From Camelus dromedarius (lineage: Eukaryota): DNA of 64,000 bases. Positions 56,601 to 64,000 of this stretch are shown here, piece by piece (position 1 is the stretch's first letter; every line of letters starts with the position of its first letter). Under the pieces are notes generated by a model. The model searched no databases. It saw only the letters and a list, made by a program, of their open reading frames with translations, and was not told where the DNA came from. Position numbers and translations under genes: made by a program. The stretch covers positions 21,142,001 through 21,206,000 of the forward strand of contig NC_087461.1 of the NCBI RefSeq assembly GCF_036321535.1, written 5' to 3'.

Positions 56601-58182
56601 TTGGTGGGGGTCAGCCAGCGCTGCAGCCCCAGGCGAGCTTTCTCCAAATGCCTTCTGTGCTGGCTGACTTCCCGCTTCCATGGATTTTAAGGGAGTAATC
56701 CTGGACGTTCATCAGAAAGAAACCTGTAGAGAGCCTTGTAAGGTTTCTTCTTTTTAAAAGCCTTAAGAACATTTTGCAGGTTGCTGGGCTGTCTTGCCCA
56801 CAACCGACACTCACAGCGGCAGGAACAGGCGTAGCCAGCTCGACCAGCACGTTCACGTCGTAACACGCTCCGCGTGCTGGCGTCTGGGAGCGCGGAGTTT
56901 CACACATTTTTTTTCAACTTTTTTATCAGAGGAATTTTTCTGTCTAAAGCAAAGCTGAAATCTGTTGTGTCTTTCTTAGAATTTAATCTCAGTAATTTCT
57001 ATATTCATACATTTTTGTGTTATGTTTAAAAAATAATTCTGTTCATAAGACTTTGATCTTGTTAGAAATTCAACATAGGAAAATGGGACGTTAATGTTGT
57101 TTTCACTGTGAGACAAATCACTGGCAAATTTTTCCTCATTCGGTCCGTTCCTGGTGTTCATGCATGGTGTTGCCTTCTATGTAAATGTACCAATGAATAA
57201 ATGTTCAGTAAACAGTCATTCTGTATCTCTTTGTTTCACTCCGATACCATGTAAATCTGAGTTTCTTGCTTAACTAGTTGGGGAAACAGGAAAGTTGATT
57301 CATTGAAAAACAGATCAAAGGCTTCTCAAGTCACCTTTGGAAGGTTTCGCATTTTTGACGTGGTGAGAACCAGCAGACGAAGTGAGAGTTACTGTGTAGG
57401 TGGCGTTTGGTGGGTGTGCAGTCTCATAGTTTAGTTCATCACCCTCAGTGTATTCCCGGAGCCACATCGCAAAACAGTATTCCCAGCAAGTATTTAAGAA
57501 GTGGAAAACTGACGGAAACTATGTATTCTCAAGTCTTGTGAAATCCTGGTCTCCACAATCATGAGAGAGAGGGGGAAGCTGGATCGCTGTCTTGCTGTTC
57601 ACAGGGAAATTTCTTGCCACTGATTGATGCATAAAAGTTTGAATCACTTACAGAACAGTATTTCTACTCAGAACAACATAAAAAAGGATTGTCACATGAA
57701 AAATTAGCCAGTGTTCTTCCATATTACTTGCTAGTCTGTCTCTCGGAATACATTGCTAAAGAGAGAGGTAGTTTTTGGATTTAGGAGTGAGTGCCCCGTG
57801 ATACACCGTAATCGTTTCTTCCAGTACATTTTGCCTGAGTGAGGACGTGGCATTTAATGCTGTGACGTGTGCCTCGTCAGTGGTGACCTCTCAGGGGTAA
57901 CTCGGGCTTTCTTATCATCTGTACACTTCGAGGGGAAAAAGTGTGTCTTGAGAAGGAAATATTTCTCTGGGTATGAGTGCTAGCATGTGCAGCCTTAGCG
58001 ATGAATGATATTTTACTTAACAGATCACTGTCTTTCTGTGCAGATATCCTAGAACTCGAGGAGGCATACACGAGGCATTTGGATTCAGGAAAAGGAAACA
58101 ATGAAGTCTGGTTTACATTTTTATCATGAGCTTTCATAGGAAGTTGCTGGTTTTCACCGCTTGTCAAAATGGATGCATTTCA

Positions 58183-58301
58183 GGGGGAGGGGAGGTCATT
58201 AGGTTTATTTATTTGTTTATTTTTGGAGGTACTGGGGATTGAACCAGGACCTCGTGCATGCTGAGCACGCACTCTACCGCTGAGCTATACCCTCCCCCCT
58301 G
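58183..58301 (-). mobile_element. tRNA-derived SINE (camelid vic-1-like), without terminal poly(A)
   Basis: Same head sequence; perfect 16-bp TSD aaatggatgcatttca at 58167-58182 and 58302-58317. Confidence 0.9.
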
Positions 58302-58340
58302 AAATGGATGCATTTCAAATCAAAACAGAGTGTTTGAGGC

Positions 58341-58483
58341 GGGGAGGGTGTGGCTCAAATGGGAGAGCACATGCTTAGCACGCACGGGGTCCTGGGTTCA
58401 ATCCCCAGCACCCCCTCTAAAAATAAGTAAGTAAAGCTAATTGCCTCCCCACCAAATAAAAAATAAATACAAATTTTTAAAAA
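58341..58483 (+). mobile_element. tRNA-derived SINE (camelid vic-1-like)
   Basis: ggggagggtgtggctcaaatgggagagc...gtcctgggttcaatccccagc, A-rich tail; degenerate flanking repeat ending agtgtttg. Confidence 0.88.
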
Positions 58484-60149
58484 ATGTAGTGTTTGCTACC
58501 GTGCTGAGTAGAGGGTGCAGTGAGCATATACTGTTTCTCTAAGAGTGGTTGATGGTGACTCGTGAATGCATTTGAAATTTCTAGCCAGTTTGCTTTTGAG
58601 GGTTGTCCTGAAAAGACACATATCAACTTAATTTTTGCTCCTTTGTGGAAGTGTCTAGAATAATATATATGTTTAAAAATCCTATGTATGCCTCCCCAGA
58701 TTTTCCAAAATAGTGGTAAAACAGAAATTATTGTTTACGCATTCTTATGAATGTTTGCTTTCAAAATTAGACCTTAAGACAGATGTGAAAATGTTTGTAA
58801 ACTGTCTACACCCTACTGTTGTGCTGTTTTCAAAGGTAATTTGTTGTGAAGGAAAGGGCGCCCTGTTTAAAACAGTGGTGGTTTGGGGCCCGAGCTGCCA
58901 TCCTTTTTATTTGCGTAGGAGTCAGGATAGCTGACTTAACAGCCGTGGACGCAGGACTTGAGCTGAGAGGTTTCCGTCCCCCATGACGTCAGGTGACGGG
59001 GGATTGTGGATCCTCCTCGCTGTGTGATGCCCGTTTCTGAGTACAGCCTGTCACCAGGTACTGTGAGAATCACAGCCTTGTCCATGAGTTCTTGCTCAGA
59101 GCAGCAATGGCGCCATATCTGGGGAAGAAGCCAGAAGAACTGTAGGCGTCTTGTGGAGGGAGGATGGCATCCTTTGGACGCCAGCTTTATCTTTAAGGAT
59201 CCAGGACCTTGAATTATAACTTTGTCCCAAGAAATATAACCGCCTACGATCCATGAATCTGAGCACATTTTCCTGAAAAAAACTGATCAATATAGACAGT
59301 CGTGGGTCTTCTCTTCCCAAGAACACTGCATCCTAATTGAGCACATCAGGATGGACAAGCCCCCCTGTCTGGGCATGAAGACCTCTGGGCGGCAAGATCC
59401 TAATCTCTTCTCGTTAAGATCACCGCTGCTGTCTCCCTGGGGGCCCTGGTCCCGTGCCTGCTCATCTCCAAAGTATCGCCCGGATGCACGGGGGCTTTTC
59501 TCCATCATGCATTTGCTGATGTTGCTTGTGTCTGGAATCAGTGTCACCATTTCTTCTAGCAGAAAAGATCACTGTCGCCATTCAAAGCCCGTCTCTGATG
59601 TTGACTTTTGGGAAGGTTCCCAGCACGCTCTGCTTCCAGCTTCCCAGGCACTTACTACCCTGGAGAAAGCTGGGCATTTCTGACGCATCGCCCACCCACC
59701 AGCCAGTGCTGCTCCATCTGTCTGTCTGTGTCCTGCCCTGGCGTGTGAGCTATCGAGGGGCAGAGGTTGAGACTTTCTTACAGACCTGCTGTGTGGTAGG
59801 CGCCCCTTGGGGGCTGGGTAGATGACGGCTGTAATTCTGCAGGGCTTCCCTCTAAACTTCCTTGCAGAATTTTTCAGAGGGCTTTAACAGCTCCAAGTCT
59901 CTGTGGCGTTGTCACACTGGAAGTCTTTCTGGAGATCATCTCTGGCCTTAGGAAACTTAAACTGGAGGAATGGAATACCCAGAGCGCCATGGCTGCAGTG
60001 TCAGGAGACAGAACAGACGGGCGGTCTCCACTTGACGTTCATTTATGGAAAATACATTTTCCTGAATTCTGTTCTGTTCTGGGCAGATGCTGCAAGTTTA
60101 GATGTTTTCTAATGCAGAAGGGATTTACATTCATACATGTGCCCCTTAG

Positions 60150-60383
<234 letters not shown>

Positions 60384-62718
60384 TAAGAGCACCCAGGGCT
60401 GGGGGACACTCGTTAGTCACGGTCGCAGTTGATTTTCTGTGTGAATGGCCCATCGTGTTCTTCTTGTGTCCTGTTTCCACGATCTAATGCTCTCAGTGAT
60501 CACTCAGAAGCGTGCGCAGTGGTTTTAGCCTTTCTCGGGCTCTAGTTCATAATTTAGCCAAACCAACAACCCTGCTCAGGTGTTAAGTTTCACTCTTAAC
60601 TACTTTAGATCTGTGTTAATTTGGTGAATTGCTTTACTGTTAAATAAATTCTGTGCGACTCCCTGTGGTGACTGAGCGTGTGTGACGGTTGGGTGACTTT
60701 GGCCAAGAGAAGAGCCGTTCGGTCCGGGAGCAGGAGGGGCCTGGCTGGCTGTCTTCCCAGCGTGCTGTTGGCTCTGCAGGGTTTGCGCTCACTCCTTGCA
60801 CGGTGACGTCCGGGGCAGCCTGGTGTGTCTCTCAGAACAGGAGAGAGCATTTAGTGTCACTGAGCCAGCGTGTGGCACGTGAGTGCGGACGTGTGTCTTC
60901 TTTGCGTGCCGGTGATTATACACATCAGTAAGCGAAAGGCAGCCTTCCTCCGGGCCGGCCTTGCAGGCTGCCGCGGTGGTTAGCGCCATGCCCGGGCGGC
61001 GCTGCGCCAGGATTTTCTTGTTGCTCTTTCTCTGGGGTCTTTTATGAACACATCAGCAGAAGCATACTTAAATGTTGCTGCATCGAGCTGCTCTCGAGCC
61101 TGCGTGGTAATAGCTTACTTACCTTGGGGTGAGTTTGTGGTTCAGCGAGGCGGGGGAGCTACCCTGGAAGACGCAGACCCGCCCAGAGCCCCCCGAGGCC
61201 ACGGCCTTGACCGCTGCTGGGCAGACCCCTCTCCGACAGTGGAAGCTGTGGCCAGCAGGGTCAGGGGTAGGTGCCACGGCCTTCATCCTGGGGGCAGAAG
61301 CCTCTGAATCTGCCCCGAGACGAGGAATTGCAGGCAGAGATCTGGTGGGGGCCCGAGGAACGTAGCACTGTGTTGGTGCAGGTAAATAAGTAACTCGCAG
61401 GGCAGGAGTGTGGCATTGATTTCCCTAAGGAGATTCATAAAATGGTGAGGACTTGTATGAGTTTGCCGTGAGGAATGTGCAGGAGCTGGAAAAGACTATG
61501 AATGAACAGTTATCCAAACAAGAGTGGCAGCTGCTCTGAATCACGGCAGAAAATGTAAGCTTTTCCAGCCTGACAATATCTCCCTAATCCTTGATGAAAA
61601 TGTTACGAAAACAAAAGGGCAATAAGGCGGGATTAATAACTGGAATTTTAATAACGCTGGGGGTCAGGACATGGTTACAGTCTTTAAAGAGTCAGCTGTC
61701 AGCCCTGCGGTCTAGCATGCTAAGTGTTCCAGGGCGCTGTTTATCGTGTCTGAAATTAGTTTAATGGGTATATTGATAGGGAAGAATTAATTATGCTATG
61801 GTTTAAGAATGTTTAGTTATTTCCAGACTCTTATTAGCTCACAAACTCATTTGACATTTTAAATTGTGGATGTTCGCAGTTCGCTGCCCAACTGTGGAAG
61901 GCCCCATCGTGTCACACGGCTCAACTTGCCATTTGCTAACTGATAGGATGTACTTTTTTCAACCCATTAATTGGACCTAACAGTGTTTTTAAGGTGAAAA
62001 AGGTAAAACAACAGATTCTAATCTCAGTGACAATGTAATTTCAGAGAATGTAAAATTAGTTTAAAAAATATGCCAATATGTGGTTTTCATTAGCAACAAC
62101 AATTTGTATGTCTTTGGAAAACCTTTTACAAATGATTTCTATTAAGAATGCATGACTCTGTCCACAAACATGATGCCTGTTTGGAGTTGAGGTTTTAACG
62201 TATTCCACGTCACGTGGGAAAAGGCTGCGGGGCGTGTACAGAATGGTGGAACAGGGCCACGTTCCGTGTCTGAAAGAATTACTCTTAGAGAAAATACGTT
62301 GTTTAGAGTTGCTGTTGGCAAAGCTGGGTCGTAGTCCTCTCCGTAGGGGTTTTAATTTTTCACTTCGAGGACTGTATTTTTGGAATTGGGTGTACGTGCT
62401 CTGGAAATTACACGCATAGTGTCGTAAGCGTGGTGTACGTGGACACCACTGGGTAAGTGTACTGTGCAAGCACGTGCACATGTAAGACAAGTGCAGAAGC
62501 CGCATGTATTTATATGCGAATTGCACGCTAGACATGTGCGTCGGGTCCAAGCAGAGTCGTATGTGAAGGGGCCCCTAAGGCTTCAGGTGAACACGACCCT
62601 TCTTCTTCCTGGAACATCCAGTGTCTCCAGAGTTTTACAGGAGAAATATGACAAATTGCAAATGAAAAGAGTTCATTTATTAGGACAAATCGTTGTGTTT
62701 TATACAAAAAATTGTTTT

Positions 62719-62850
62719 GGAGGGGAGGATGTGGCGCAGGGGGAGAGCGCATGCTTAGGATGCACGAGGTCCTGGGCTCAGTCCCCGGCACCTCCATAAA
62801 TAATAAATAAAACTGATTCTATCCCCCACCCAAAAAAAAGTTTAAAAAAA
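62719..62850 (+). mobile_element. tRNA-derived SINE (camelid vic-1-like)
   Basis: ggggaggatgtggcgcagggggagagcgcatgcttaggatgcacgaggtcctgggctcagtcccc followed by an A-rich tail. Confidence 0.87.
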
Positions 62851-64000
62851 TACGTGTCTTTGCTCTGGGCTGAACCCCCCTTGCCTCTGGGCTTCTCTTT
62901 TCTCGGTACCCGGGCCAGAGTGTGGTGAGGCCAGCGAGGCGCCCGGGGTAGCACAGGTCAAGAGGGGGCCTCCTTCTCAGGTGTTGCCCTTGAACATGCG
63001 GGACCCTGAGACGACAGCGTCCTTAGGCTCTGAGTCCCGGACACCTGCCATGTCTCCTCCTCGGGGCCTGCTCTGGGCACGGTGGGTAAGACAGAGGCGG
63101 ATTGTTCGATTGCTTTTTAAGGTTGTGGTTGGGGGTTGGTTTCTCGGGACCGTGTTTCTGTTGTCCTAAGTCATGTGACCGCGATGAGCTGAGCTTAGAA
63201 GGTCTTTGCTGGGTGAGAATGACGTTTCCAGCGTGTAGGTTTGCCGTTTAGCAGGGGCTTTCCCCTCTGGGCGTTGCGTCTTCTCAGTGGCCCTGGCAGG
63301 TGGGAGAGCCAGTGAAGCAGCACAGGCCCCGTCCACTGACAGCGAAGCACCTCCTTGGTCTTTCTCATCTCGATCTTGGGTTTAGCTCTTCTCGAAGGCA
63401 GGGTATCGTTTCACACAGTAAATCGCAGCTACATTTCTAGCGTCTGTCCAAACCAGAGCCACCCCGTTTCACCGGTATGTGTGCTCGTCTCCGAGGGCCA
63501 GGGCAGGGCGCGAGGACCTGGCCCCCTGCAGCAGCGTCAGGAGGCCGTCGTGGCTCCTCTCACACTGCAGAGAGCACCCCGCCCCGTCTGTCCAGTGGCT
63601 ATGAGGGACGGTCCCCCCAGGCCATGTTGGGGACGTGGCTGGGCACTGCGGGAGGAAGCTCTTTGTTCACTCAGCGTGCCCAAGAGAGAAGACAGTTCTG
63701 TTGTGTGGCCTGTGCCCAGAACACGTGGCCACGCCTTTGAAAGTGCTCACAGGATTTTACAGATGGGGGCGATGCCCTGTCGTCCCCGCCGCCTCCTCCC
63801 GGAAGGCCCCGGGGGCCACGTGGACCACGGTCCATCTAGTCTGAGTCGTGCTTTCCCAGGCTCCCTGAGCACCCCTCATTCTCCCATCTACGTGCCTGCA
63901 GTATCTGCGTTGCACTTCTGGCTTGGTGTTTTTTAAAGGAACGTGTAGGGAACATTATTTATAATTTTGGCTCCGGTACCCAGCATAATGCCTTAATCAG

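Noticed and set aside
58183-58483. tRNA-like sequences with A/B boxes (also at 7.1, 47.1 and 62.7 kb)
   Set aside because: They are SINE heads with tails and TSDs, not tRNA genes; there is no acceptor stem or complete cloverleaf.

Overview
Mammalian genomic DNA, probably a camelid. The evidence for that is five vic-1-like tRNA-derived SINEs and a young artiodactyl-type L1. The whole window lies inside PARD3 (Par-3 cell polarity regulator) on the + strand. Eleven internal coding exons (about exons 6-16 by human numbering, from memory) have canonical AG/GT boundaries. They splice in phase into 1706 nt covering PDZ1, PDZ2, PDZ3 and the start of the region before the aPKC-binding segment. Introns contain a ~6.0 kb antisense L1 with a 14-bp TSD (intact ORF1, disrupted ORF2, six N gaps), several solo LTRs, old L1/L2/MIR relics, SINEs and simple repeats. 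No prokaryotic features, CRISPR arrays or true tRNA/rRNA genes were seen. The best leads are: (1) a candidate alternative Cys-rich, hydrophobic 50-aa N-terminus fused in frame to the PDZ3 exon behind a forkhead-motif cluster; (2) a partial tandem copy of the 39-nt cassette exon just downstream of it, next to QKI motifs; (3) apparent loss of the +9 (GES) donor of exon 15; (4) strong GC-biased divergence of the PDZ1-PDZ2 linker and of neutral repeats. Comparisons with human PARD3 and repeat consensus sequences are from memory and need confirmation by alignment.
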